Source: a virus
Taxonomy: Duplodnaviria; Caudoviricetes
Reading direction: 5' to 3' (one strand)
IMG/VR virus record: IMGVR_UViG_3300005077_001095
Coordinates: 1-44,834 of that record
Length of the DNA stretch: 44,834 nt
The notes beneath the pieces are model-generated. The model saw nothing but the letters and a program-made list of their open reading frames with translations, was not told the DNA's origin and ran no database searches. Both the position numbers and the translations under genes were made by a program. Every line of letters starts with the position of its first letter. Position 1 is the stretch's first letter. Shown here piece by piece: positions 26,905-35,504 of the stretch.

Positions 26905-28487
26905 TGCGTAAACTAACAGCAGAAGACATCTTAAAACATTTCGGCACAAACAAGTATACAGTAAAGTGTGACAAGTTCGACATAGAGGACTTTACTGACA
27001 TCAAGGAGGCTAGTGGGAACCTGCTTAAGGTAGAGGAAGAAGGTTTGAAAGAGCTGAACACTTACTCTGAACTAATGCAGGACTTATATAGCACGATGTT
27101 CAAGATTCACCCACACTTGAACGAGGATTATGAGGTGAGAAAGGAAATGCTCTTCAACTATGAGTTGATGAGAGTAATCCTAGACCACCGAAGAACAAAA
27201 GAAATCCGAGCCATCTCACAGATGGACAAACTAACCAGCGCCATCGGTGTGGAGTCTATAACACCCGAGGTAACTGAACTCATCAAACAGATGAAAGAGC
27301 AAAAAGAGGCCTTTGAGGCTATGCTCAACGCGGCACAGGAGGCTGAGGAAGCCGCTCAGGCCGCGGAAGAAGATGAGGAAGGGGAAGGAGCAGGCGTAGG
27401 CGCTGGGGAAGAAGAGGACGAAGAGGAAAAGGATCAAAAGGGTAAAAGGGGGCGTAATAACCAAAAGCCTACTCTTACCTTAGAAGAGGCAAAGGCAAGA
27501 CTGGAAGAAGCTCGAGCCAACCTGAAAGAAGCATTTGACGACCCGGCATTTAAAAACCAGGTTGGACAGATGATAGGTCGGGTCAGGCACAAAGTTGTAG
27601 AAACAACTTCTTTGCTTCAAACTTGGGGTTTAACCTCTGATTCAACTTTTTCCAAAAGCTCCCATAGGGAGAAGATGGAATTGGTAAAGAAACTTTCCAG
27701 TAGTACCAAGCTGAAGAAGGTTTCAGAGTTAGCGGGAAGGCTTATCCCATTAGCCATGAATCAGCAAACCCAAAAGGTGAAGAAAGGTTGCGAGGAAATC
27801 TACAATGTAGAGCTTGGTTCTGATTTGTCTAGACTCCTTCCACAAGAAATCTCAAAGCTCAATGACCCAGACCGTGAACTGGAATTCATGGCCTCCTTCT
27901 TTGAAAACAAGTGCCTACAGTACTCCCTAAAGGGGAAGGAAAAGAAGGCACGAGGAGCCATCGTAGTATGCATTGATGAGTCCGGGTCCATGGAAGGAGA
28001 AGCCGAAATCTGGTCCAAAGCAGTGGCCATAGCACTTTTGCACATAGCTGTAAAGCAGAAGCGAAGCTACTTCGTGATCCACTTCGATGCTACCCATGAC
28101 CCAAAAAGACTACCAGTTCACGCCTTCCCGAAAGGCGAAACTCTTAACATGCTTAAGCTTGTTGAGATGGCAGAGCTTTTTATGGGCGGCGGTACTGACT
28201 TTGAGACTCCTCTAACAAGAGCCAAGATGTGCATTGATCTTGAAAAGGATTACCACAAAGCAGACATCATCTTCATTACAGATGGGGAATGTGCTGTAAG
28301 AGACTCTTGGCAAAAGGAGTTCATGGCCTGGAAAAAGGAAAAGGGGATTTCGATCTACTCAATCCTTATCAACACTGGAATCAATTCCGACACATCGCTG
28401 AAGGAATTCTCCACACAAATCTACAAACTTTCTGACTTCAAGGAAACGTCGGAAGACGTAGTACTTGACTTGTTCATGCAAGTGTAA
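26904..28487 (+). CDS. viaA: VWA-domain protein (ViaA-like)
   Basis: MIDAS motifs DESGSM, GGTDF, FITDGE; coupled (TAATG) to the AAA+ gene. Confidence 0.82.
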   Translation: MRKLTAEDILKHFGTNKYTVKCDKFDIEDFTDIKEASGNLLKVEEEGLKELNTYSELMQDLYSTMFKIHPHLNEDYEVRKEMLFNYELMRVILDHRRTKEIRAISQMDKLTSAIGVESITPEVTELIKQMKEQKEAFEAMLNAAQEAEEAAQAAEEDEEGEGAGVGAGEEEDEEEKDQKGKRGRNNQKPTLTLEEAKARLEEARANLKEAFDDPAFKNQVGQMIGRVRHKVVETTSLLQTWGLTSDSTFSKSSHREKMELVKKLSSSTKLKKVSELAGRLIPLAMNQQTQKVKKGCEEIYNVELGSDLSRLLPQEISKLNDPDRELEFMASFFENKCLQYSLKGKEKKARGAIVVCIDESGSMEGEAEIWSKAVAIALLHIAVKQKRSYFVIHFDATHDPKRLPVHAFPKGETLNMLKLVEMAELFMGGGTDFETPLTRAKMCIDLEKDYHKADIIFITDGECAVRDSWQKEFMAWKKEKGISIYSILINTGINSDTSLKEFSTQIYKLSDFKETSEDVVLDLFMQV

Positions 28488-28491
28488 CAAC

Positions 28492-28518
28492 AGGGGGAGG
28501 AAACTCCCCCTCATTTTT
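28492..28518 (+). terminator. intrinsic terminator
   Basis: AGGGGGAG-GAAA-CTCCCCCT followed by CATTTTT. Confidence 0.7.
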
Positions 28519-29091
28519 CCCCTAAAACACGATTACTTTGGTGATAGTTGCCAAGTATTTTTTGAGGTGTAGCTAGCCTCTAATGATACGTATTAAACGA
28601 TTCGTTTAGTAGGACGTCTAATTTTCTAGCAAAGAGATGCTTTATAGCATCTCCCACCATTTCGCCTTCGGCTCCATTGTTGATTTTTTCTTACGCAAAT
28701 CCCAAGGGATTCGCTCCAGGAAAAATCATCCGGGAGATGAAGGGCCCCCTGAGGACCTCGAGGTGCCCAGACACGTGTACAACACCCGGGATCCCGATCG
28801 ACCTCACGTCGACCAGGTAACTTAAGACCGAAAGAGGGCACTGGCCAAAAAGATCTTATCAAACAACTGCAGTCCACGGTGCACGCGTACGGCCGGCAGC
28901 CGGAGACCCGGCGCCGCGGAAGCTTCACGAAGCATGCAACCATGGACCATTCGAAACCAGGGAACGAAGCTCGGTCTAGAAACACAGACAAACAAAAGTA
29001 TATAAAAATATATATTTAAAAATTTATAAATAATCTTTGTATACTTATTAATATTAATAAAAAAAACAGTATTACCAAAAAAGGGGATAAA
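28514..29091 (+). ncRNA. putative retron msr-msd ncRNA
   Basis: End pairings 28537-28546 with 29070-29079 and 28514-28523 with 29082-29091; 5' hairpins; directly upstream of a retron-type RT. Confidence 0.65.
28741..29060. repeat. dense array of distinct palindromic restriction-type sites
   Basis: 24 different perfect hexamer palindromes in 28742-28980 and 8 more AT-rich ones in 28999-29060, read directly from the sequence. Confidence 0.9.
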
Positions 29092-29092
29092 C

Positions 29093-30082
29093 ATGCCTTG
29101 GGTTTTTGGCAGGAAAGCAGCTATCCAAGCTGACACAACCGTGAACAAGCTTCAGAGCAAAACTCCGGTTACTACTCCGGTAGGTTTATTGGAGTTTGTA
29201 GGTACCTCTACGCAAGAGGTAAATGAGATTATTGAAAACAAAGCTAATTATTACATAAGTTACTCACTTGCCAAACATGGCAAAACAAACAAGAGAAGAT
29301 TCATTAACGCCCCGCAGGGGCGTTTGAAGGAAATACAAACATCAATCTTACATAAGGTTCTTTACCGATTCAGGGTTAGCCAAATAGCCCACGGATTTGT
29401 AAAGCATCGTAGTCCAAAGACTAATGCTCTTCCGCACTTAGGTGCGCAGACATTGGTTAAAATGGACCTGACAGACTTTTTTGGGAGTTTAAAAACCCCT
29501 TTAGTAGTATCCTTGTTAACTACTTTGATTTCCAAAATCCCCGAAATAAAGGAAGATCCAACCGGATCCAGCATAGAGCTGCTGGCCGAGTTATTAACCT
29601 TTAGAGGTCAAATACCTCAGGGTGCCCCATCAAGTCCCGCTGTTACCAACTTGATTATGAATGGGGTGGATAGACGGCTTAAGGATTACGCCGATCACCT
29701 CAAACTAAGTGTTACCAGATATGCCGATGACATTACCTTTTCCTCAAAAGAAAAACTCGACCCAAAAGCTATAAGGGAAGTTACGAAGTTTGTAACTGCC
29801 CTTTGCAAGAATTCCGTAGGGGTAAAGGTAAACAAAAAGAAGACGAAAGTCAAAAGACAATCCAGTAGAATGTCGGTAACAGGTGTGGTAGTGAATGAGA
29901 AGGCCAACATTCCAAACCATACCTATCGAGAGCTAAGAGCAAGAGTTCACAATTATGTGAACGGAACCGCAACACTGGATGAAAAAGAACTACAAAGTTT
30001 GAGGGGACAATTAGAATGGCTGAGGAGCGTAAACCCGGACAAAGGCCAAAAGTTGATAGAAAAACTTGGAAGCAAGAAATAA
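29093..30082 (+). CDS. retron-type reverse transcriptase
   Basis: AHGF..NALPH (NAxxH region X), DLTDFF, PQGAPSSP, YADD, VTG (region Y); 329 aa with no maturase or endonuclease domain. Confidence 0.9.
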   Translation: MPWVFGRKAAIQADTTVNKLQSKTPVTTPVGLLEFVGTSTQEVNEIIENKANYYISYSLAKHGKTNKRRFINAPQGRLKEIQTSILHKVLYRFRVSQIAHGFVKHRSPKTNALPHLGAQTLVKMDLTDFFGSLKTPLVVSLLTTLISKIPEIKEDPTGSSIELLAELLTFRGQIPQGAPSSPAVTNLIMNGVDRRLKDYADHLKLSVTRYADDITFSSKEKLDPKAIREVTKFVTALCKNSVGVKVNKKKTKVKRQSSRMSVTGVVVNEKANIPNHTYRELRARVHNYVNGTATLDEKELQSLRGQLEWLRSVNPDKGQKLIEKLGSKK

Positions 30083-30558
30083 AGTCCGTACTGGACACCG
30101 CACAACAAAATCCTAACATCACCTGTATCGAAACATGCTTACCAATAGGGATAATAGCTACGCTTGGACCACAGTCAACGATCCAAGCGGCTTCGAGTAC
30201 AGGTGTAATACAAAAGTTGGAAATAGGATGGATCGACCAACTCGACCCAACTAAACAGATTGTGATTAGAAGGCTAGAGTACGTGTACCAAAACCATCCA
30301 CTTAGAGGTAGGAAGAGCTATTTCAAGATAGAGCTTACCCCTTGGGATGGCAGTAGGTACACATCCTCAACTCCCGGGGTGACACACCAGACAAAGAATC
30401 ATGCCGGAAATGTAGTGCTACGAAAAGTGGTGGCTTCCGAAAAAGCGTTAGAACCGATGATGAAACATTTTCTTCAGTATAGCCTAACGTTCTTAACGCA
30501 ACACTGCGTTATTCCACGAACCATCACAAAAACGGATGAACAGACAAAAGTATATTGA
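30016..30558 (+). CDS. hypothetical protein, candidate retron partner
   Basis: GAGGGG RBS; overlaps the RT 3' end by 67 nt. Confidence 0.6.
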   Translation: MAEERKPGQRPKVDRKTWKQEIKSVLDTAQQNPNITCIETCLPIGIIATLGPQSTIQAASSTGVIQKLEIGWIDQLDPTKQIVIRRLEYVYQNHPLRGRKSYFKIELTPWDGSRYTSSTPGVTHQTKNHAGNVVLRKVVASEKALEPMMKHFLQYSLTFLTQHCVIPRTITKTDEQTKVY

Positions 30559-30706
30559 TGTGCTTAAGATAATCGTAACGGTCGCCGCCATTGTAATCGA
30601 AGTTTTGCAAAAAACACATCACGGCGCTCGTTGGAGATAGTGAGTTGCGATAATCTTTCAGAGATGAAGCGTTTTAACGCAGAGCTCCAAAAGAAAGACT
30701 TGCAAC

Positions 30707-30901
30707 ATGAAATATTTCAAGGGAGTGCTAATAGTAGGAAGCACCAAGAAAAAGCAGCGAGAAAGAGTTATCTATACTCGCGGGCATAACATCCTTTCTG
30801 CACTGGATATTTCACATAAAATTCGAACAGCACGCTGGGAGTCAATCACTGAGATTAACCACGACGAGTATATTCGTGGAGTCCAGGATAACTCCTATTA
30901 A
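30707..30901 (+). CDS. hypothetical protein
   Basis: 64-aa ORF before a terminator. Confidence 0.5.
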   Translation: MKYFKGVLIVGSTKKKQRERVIYTRGHNILSALDISHKIRTARWESITEINHDEYIRGVQDNSY

Positions 30902-30904
30902 ACT

Positions 30905-30927
30905 AAAGCAGGCTTGCCTGCTTTTTT
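30905..30927 (+). terminator. intrinsic terminator
   Basis: AAAGCAGGC-TT-GCCTGCTTT followed by T run. Confidence 0.7.
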
Positions 30928-30937
30928 ACATTAATAC

Positions 30938-30966
30938 TTGCTTTTTAGATAAACTTGTATTATATT
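30938..30966 (+). promoter_or_regulatory. sigma70-type promoter
   Basis: TTGCTT-17 nt-TATATT upstream of the glycosyltransferase. Confidence 0.45.
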
Positions 30967-30994
30967 TAGATAAACAAATAACCATTAACTTACT

Positions 30995-32362
30995 ATGAGA
31001 AAACCTAGACTTTTTATTTGGGGGGATACCCCAAATGTAACTACAGGTTTTGGAAACGTGGCCAAAAACCTGTTCCGAGACCTTCATCTTCATTTTGATG
31101 TGTACATACTTGGTATTAATGAATATGGATTAAAAAAGTATGACACCACCAACTGGTTTATTTACTCGGTAGACCAGAGAGATCCATATGGATATGGAAA
31201 ATTAGGCATGGTTCTGGATGACTGTAAACCAGACTTAATTTTGCTTTTCCAGGATATTTTCAATGTACAAATTTTTATGCAGAATATGCAAAGGGAGGGA
31301 AAACTAATCCAGTTACCTCCTACGGTGATTTACTTTCCAATTGATGGCGCCCCAGTAAATCCTACTTGGAGAGGATTATTTGAAGATCCCAGAGTAACAA
31401 AAATTATTACATACTCTGAGTGGGCAAAAGAACAACTAATAGAACGTTTTCCATTCATTAATAGAGATTCTGTAGATGTGCTTTATCACGGAATCGACGT
31501 AGATACTTTTAAACCAGCGCCAAAAGGCGAGGTAAAAGAATTTAGATTAAAGTCAGGGTGGGATTACAAACATCCAGTACACAATACTGTAGAAAAAAGA
31601 TTTATTCTTTCTATGGTTAACCGATACCAACCAAGAAAGATGGTGGCTTTGGGAATTAAGGCCGCTGCACTTGTAACAAAAGGTTATAAGGTTTGTAAAT
31701 GCGGAAATTTGTATTCTCTAACAAAAGCTAGATGCGACCTAAATATGTGCGGCCCAGAAGATATTGTAGAAATGAAGGCTCCAAATCCCGATGTTGGGCT
31801 TTATCTACATATGAATGTAGCCGAACCTATTATGGGTCCAGCTCCTAGCCACTTACTACCTGTATTGGTAATGAACTGCGGATACGAAGACTATGATGTA
31901 GGTAAGAACCTATTCCTATTGGGAAATAGAAATCATTTGGCACACCCAATGACCGAAGCAGAGATGGCCTTGATTTATTCTGCTGCAGACATAAATCTTA
32001 GCACTGCAATCGGTGAAGGATTTGGGCTTTCCTTAGCAGAATCAGCTGCATGCGGTACACAAAGCATAGCACCAAAGAATTCAGCTATTCCCGAAGTGTT
32101 AAGAGAAACAGGCTATATGGTGGAAAACGCTAGCCTTATAAACATGGCTATGGATAATAGCCATATACGTCCAGTTGTTAGTTTACCAGCCTTGGTAAAA
32201 ACTATTGAAAAGGCTTATAAAGATTGGCAAGTTAATGGAAGAAACAAAGTATTCTCGCAGGAATGCATTGACAATGTAAAAAATAACTTCCTGTGGGAGG
32301 ATAAGCGAGAGTACATTACAAATACTTTACTAAGCTTGGTACCAACAACACTAAATGAATAA
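30995..32362 (+). CDS. GT-B (GT4-like) glycosyltransferase
   Basis: GDTPNVTTGFG, HGIDVDTF, NRYQPRK, EGFGLSLAESAACG (ExFG...E motif); Cys-rich insertion. Confidence 0.85.
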   Translation: MRKPRLFIWGDTPNVTTGFGNVAKNLFRDLHLHFDVYILGINEYGLKKYDTTNWFIYSVDQRDPYGYGKLGMVLDDCKPDLILLFQDIFNVQIFMQNMQREGKLIQLPPTVIYFPIDGAPVNPTWRGLFEDPRVTKIITYSEWAKEQLIERFPFINRDSVDVLYHGIDVDTFKPAPKGEVKEFRLKSGWDYKHPVHNTVEKRFILSMVNRYQPRKMVALGIKAAALVTKGYKVCKCGNLYSLTKARCDLNMCGPEDIVEMKAPNPDVGLYLHMNVAEPIMGPAPSHLLPVLVMNCGYEDYDVGKNLFLLGNRNHLAHPMTEAEMALIYSAADINLSTAIGEGFGLSLAESAACGTQSIAPKNSAIPEVLRETGYMVENASLINMAMDNSHIRPVVSLPALVKTIEKAYKDWQVNGRNKVFSQECIDNVKNNFLWEDKREYITNTLLSLVPTTLNE

Positions 32363-32388
32363 GGGGCTTACGCCCCTTTTCTTTTTTT
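32361..32388. terminator. bidirectional terminator
   Basis: AAGGGG-CTTACG-CCCCTT plus T run between convergent genes. Confidence 0.65.
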
Positions 32389-32581
32389 AGTCTAATTCCC
32401 ACCTAGTACACTCTTCCCACCATACTGTAACCAACATCTTGTTTTCTCTGGATTTATCGTATGCAGGAAGCTCTTTTAATATATTAATATTTGGGTTGTT
32501 CATTATAGATTCATACTCTAGACGTTGAGCATCATCGTCAATATCGAATTTTTTAATTTTCTTTATCTTCGCTGTTTTCAT
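32387..32581 (-). CDS. hypothetical protein
   Basis: Last ORF of the late operon. Confidence 0.55.
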   Translation of the reverse strand: MKTAKIKKIKKFDIDDDAQRLEYESIMNNPNINILKELPAYDKSRENKMLVTVWWEECTRWELD

Positions 32582-32711
32582 CTATCTTTTCCCATTCTGC
32601 ACTTTTTTCTAACTCCTCAATAAGTTCTGTATCTCCCAAAGCAACTGATATTTCAGTTTCTTCCCCTACCTTCTTGAACTTAACAAAGGTTCCATATTTA
32701 TCCATACTCAT
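32553..32711 (-). CDS. 52-aa acidic protein (not in ORF track)
   Basis: MSMDKYGTFVKF...; TAATG coupling to the upstream portal-like gene. Confidence 0.5.
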   Translation of the reverse strand: MSMDKYGTFVKFKKVGEETEISVALGDTELIEELEKSAEWEKIDENSEDKEN

Positions 32712-34600
32712 TATTTTGGTTCCCCTCTTTTAGAGGCCGTATGTTTTGTAGAAGAGGATCTTCCACTTGCTCTTCTTGCCGACACCTCTTGTTTAACACT
32801 ACGTTCAGCCTGTGCTTCTTGTGTTTGTACTTGGGTTGGCATTGATTGCAGCATAAATTCATTCGCTAATTGTAGTCTAGTTGCCATTAGACTTGCTATT
32901 GTGGGCATTCCCTTGTTTTGCAATAGTTTGAGCGCTGACATTTGTCCTTCAGGATCATAATTAGATAATTGAGCAGTAAGTTTCTTCATAAATGTATGAG
33001 TATCTAGACCCGCCATCATATTTCCAGCCTCGCTCGCTATCTCTTCTGCGAAGATTAGCTCATTAAGAATACTCTTTTCATCCACATATGCTGCTTCGGC
33101 CTTTGCCTGTGCCTTCATCTGCTCCACAGTGGCATCAGCCTGGATTTGTGTTTGGAACTTAGCACGCTTAATATCTAACATTCCATTTGCTACAACGTCC
33201 TTTTGTATACGTTCGTAGTTCTCATCTGGATCATAGCCAAAATCTTGTATTAACATAGAATCAGAAAGTTTACCCATAGAATTAAGTTGGATAGCCAGAT
33301 TTTTTGTCTCTGTGTCATCAGCCATTCTAAAACGTTTAAACTTTACTTTTATTTCGGGATAACTAAGCATACCGGCAATCTTTGGTATGATAAAATAGTT
33401 TAACATATCCTCAAGATATTCTCGATAACTTAGAAAACCATTCTCTACGATTCTTAATGATATACTAGAGCCTGTCCATGTAGATCCACCTTTTACAAAC
33501 TCAATTGGAATACCAAGTGAATTGATAATTGTTTCTTCTAAAAATTTAAGCTCAGGTGTTGTTAATAAAGCTCTTGCGTCCCCGCCAAGACTTTGGTATC
33601 CAAGAGGAATTGGAAATACGCCAATGTAGTTAGGATCTTCTCTAAATTTGTCGAGCTCTTCCTGTACACGGCTTTTCCAATTACTTAGATTCATTTGCAG
33701 AAGTGGGTTGATATCCCCTGTACTTGCTGGATATACTGCACGCATTGGGACCACGTGCTCTAAAGCAATGGCCTCGTTGCCCCTTCTAAGTGTCTGCATA
33801 TACCAAATTAGACTTAGTGCAGGTAAAATTGTGGGCTTACCCCAACTCATATCTTCTTCGGAAAGACCCGGACGTCTTAGATGATAAATATTATCAGGAT
33901 CTAACTTTATTTTTTTACCTTCTTTAACACTATCTATAAATATTTTTGGTAGTTTGTTTATTTTGCTAATCTTACCTGCAGTAATATCTCTTTTTACAGC
34001 AGGATCCATCATGTAATAATATTCTCTATCACCTGTAAGAGAATCGTATTCAATTTCTACCTGCTCAGGAGCCCAACGCACAAACTTTATTGACTCTGGA
34101 CTCTTAATATAGGTATCTTCTATTTCAAACTCACAATTTGAAAGACATTCTGGACACACACCCTTATAATTAAAATTAACGAATTTTAACTCTTTTAGTT
34201 CATCGGCTAAACACATTTCTCCACAGTTGGGGCAACGAAGATGTCTTTTAAATTTCTGTACTGCGGATAAAAAGCAGTTACCAAATACGTGATAGTCCAA
34301 TCCTATTTCTACGAGAAGTGTTTTAATTTTTAGATTATGATAAAGTACTGTTCTCCATTTTTCGTTATATTCAGCATCTGATAAGTTATCAAATAATAAA
34401 GGGGTAATAGGATACTCAGTCATTTTATGTAAAACACTGTTAATAAATTCATTTCTGTAGAAGAACATTCTACAGAATCTTAAAATCGACTTTATGCCTT
34501 TTGGCATATAAACCTTTGACAAGTCAAAAAACGGATTAGGGTATTTTTGTCTTGCTAAAGTTCTATCTGTTAGCATGCTTGCATTAGTTACTGATGCCAT
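32711..34600 (-). CDS. probable portal protein
   Basis: Size, position in the late module, portal-like features (IYHLRRP, WGKP, IINSLGIP), zinc-ribbon insertion CPNC/CPEC. Confidence 0.6.
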   Translation of the reverse strand: MASVTNASMLTDRTLARQKYPNPFFDLSKVYMPKGIKSILRFCRMFFYRNEFINSVLHKMTEYPITPLLFDNLSDAEYNEKWRTVLYHNLKIKTLLVEIGLDYHVFGNCFLSAVQKFKRHLRCPNCGEMCLADELKELKFVNFNYKGVCPECLSNCEFEIEDTYIKSPESIKFVRWAPEQVEIEYDSLTGDREYYYMMDPAVKRDITAGKISKINKLPKIFIDSVKEGKKIKLDPDNIYHLRRPGLSEEDMSWGKPTILPALSLIWYMQTLRRGNEAIALEHVVPMRAVYPASTGDINPLLQMNLSNWKSRVQEELDKFREDPNYIGVFPIPLGYQSLGGDARALLTTPELKFLEETIINSLGIPIEFVKGGSTWTGSSISLRIVENGFLSYREYLEDMLNYFIIPKIAGMLSYPEIKVKFKRFRMADDTETKNLAIQLNSMGKLSDSMLIQDFGYDPDENYERIQKDVVANGMLDIKRAKFQTQIQADATVEQMKAQAKAEAAYVDEKSILNELIFAEEIASEAGNMMAGLDTHTFMKKLTAQLSNYDPEGQMSALKLLQNKGMPTIASLMATRLQLANEFMLQSMPTQVQTQEAQAERSVKQEVSARRASGRSSSTKHTASKRGEPK

Positions 34601-34603
34601 GTG

Positions 34604-35119
34604 TTACCAAACTTCTTTTGCGATCATTTTATCTATGTACATTTGTATAGCTAACCAACGACTGGCTTGTATTTCTACTAAAGAATCGTCTCCCAATGGG
34701 AATGGACCAAACTCGGCCTTGGCTTTAATATCTGATAGTTTTACCAAAGGAAACTCTTCTTCCAGTTTCAATTCCTCTGGGTAAAAGTAAACTCCAGCAA
34801 GTTCTAATGTTACCTTTATCCACTGTTTAACTTCCCAGTCAAAATAATAATCAAACCCTAATTTACCAATTACATAAAAAGCGTAAAAAATCTGCTCAGG
34901 TGTTGCCCCCTGCATAACGCGGAAATCCGCTTTTTGACCATTTAGGGCCAACACTACTTTTTCAAATATGTTATAGTCTTCGAATGGAGCATGACTGTGG
35001 AACAGGGTATTTAGAGCTTCTACCTTTTCAAACTCTTCCTGGGTAAGGGACGGAAAAAGCATTCTAATACTTTCTGGTAGTACAGCTTCTGGAGATTTTA
35101 AAACCTCAATTATTGTCAT
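34604..35119 (-). CDS. hypothetical virion-module protein
   Basis: 171-aa ORF in the late operon. Confidence 0.6.
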   Translation of the reverse strand: MTIIEVLKSPEAVLPESIRMLFPSLTQEEFEKVEALNTLFHSHAPFEDYNIFEKVVLALNGQKADFRVMQGATPEQIFYAFYVIGKLGFDYYFDWEVKQWIKVTLELAGVYFYPEELKLEEEFPLVKLSDIKAKAEFGPFPLGDDSLVEIQASRWLAIQMYIDKMIAKEVW

Positions 35120-35504
35120 ATTTCTTAAAGCCCATGTGAGTTAAATTAAGCGAACTTTTTTTATCCATAAAATTTTTCAATCCACTACCTACAGCAAAAG
35201 CCGTACCCATACCAATACCAAAACCCAGCCCTTTCTTAAAAACGGAGGCTGAGACACCACTCCAGTTCTTTAGTTTACCTGCTAGTTCTGGCTTTCCAAT
35301 AGAGTGGGCCTCATCCAAAGTAAATCTTGCCCATGGAGCAGTTAATAAATCCCTAGTACGCAATACCCCGCCAGGCTCTTGTGCACGTGTCATTACTGTA
35401 TCATAAGGATGTGTAAGGCCTGCATTAGCAACACCGCCCAGTGTGCCAGAAATTGCTCCTATCCAAGCATCTCTTCCAGCTTTTCTTTTTTGGTTCTCTG
35501 CCAT
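35106..35504 (-). CDS. small protein resembling one mitochondrial-carrier (SLC25) repeat
   Basis: GAISGTLGGVANAGLTHPYDTVMTRAQ and WSGVSASV..FGIGMG segments. Confidence 0.45.
   Translation of the reverse strand: MAENQKRKAGRDAWIGAISGTLGGVANAGLTHPYDTVMTRAQEPGGVLRTRDLLTAPWARFTLDEAHSIGKPELAGKLKNWSGVSASVFKKGLGFGIGMGTAFAVGSGLKNFMDKKSSLNLTHMGFKKYDNN

Noticed and set aside
28741-28980. Synthetic cloning polylinker contamination
   Set aside because: No flanking vector elements; common sites EcoRI, KpnI, SacI and EcoRV are absent while near-misses occur (AAGCTC, ATCGAC); the array sits inside the a1/a2 arms. Disfavoured, but not excluded without a UniVec search.
28626-29148. ORFs 28637-28825 (+), 28626-28991 (-) and 28822-29148 (-)
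   Set aside because: No recognisable protein features; they overlap the structured, palindrome-rich region better explained as ncRNA.
29093-30082. RT as group II intron, DGR or CRISPR-associated
   Set aside because: No maturase domain, no TR/VR repeat pair, no cas genes or array seen; NAxxH and VTG motifs indicate a retron.
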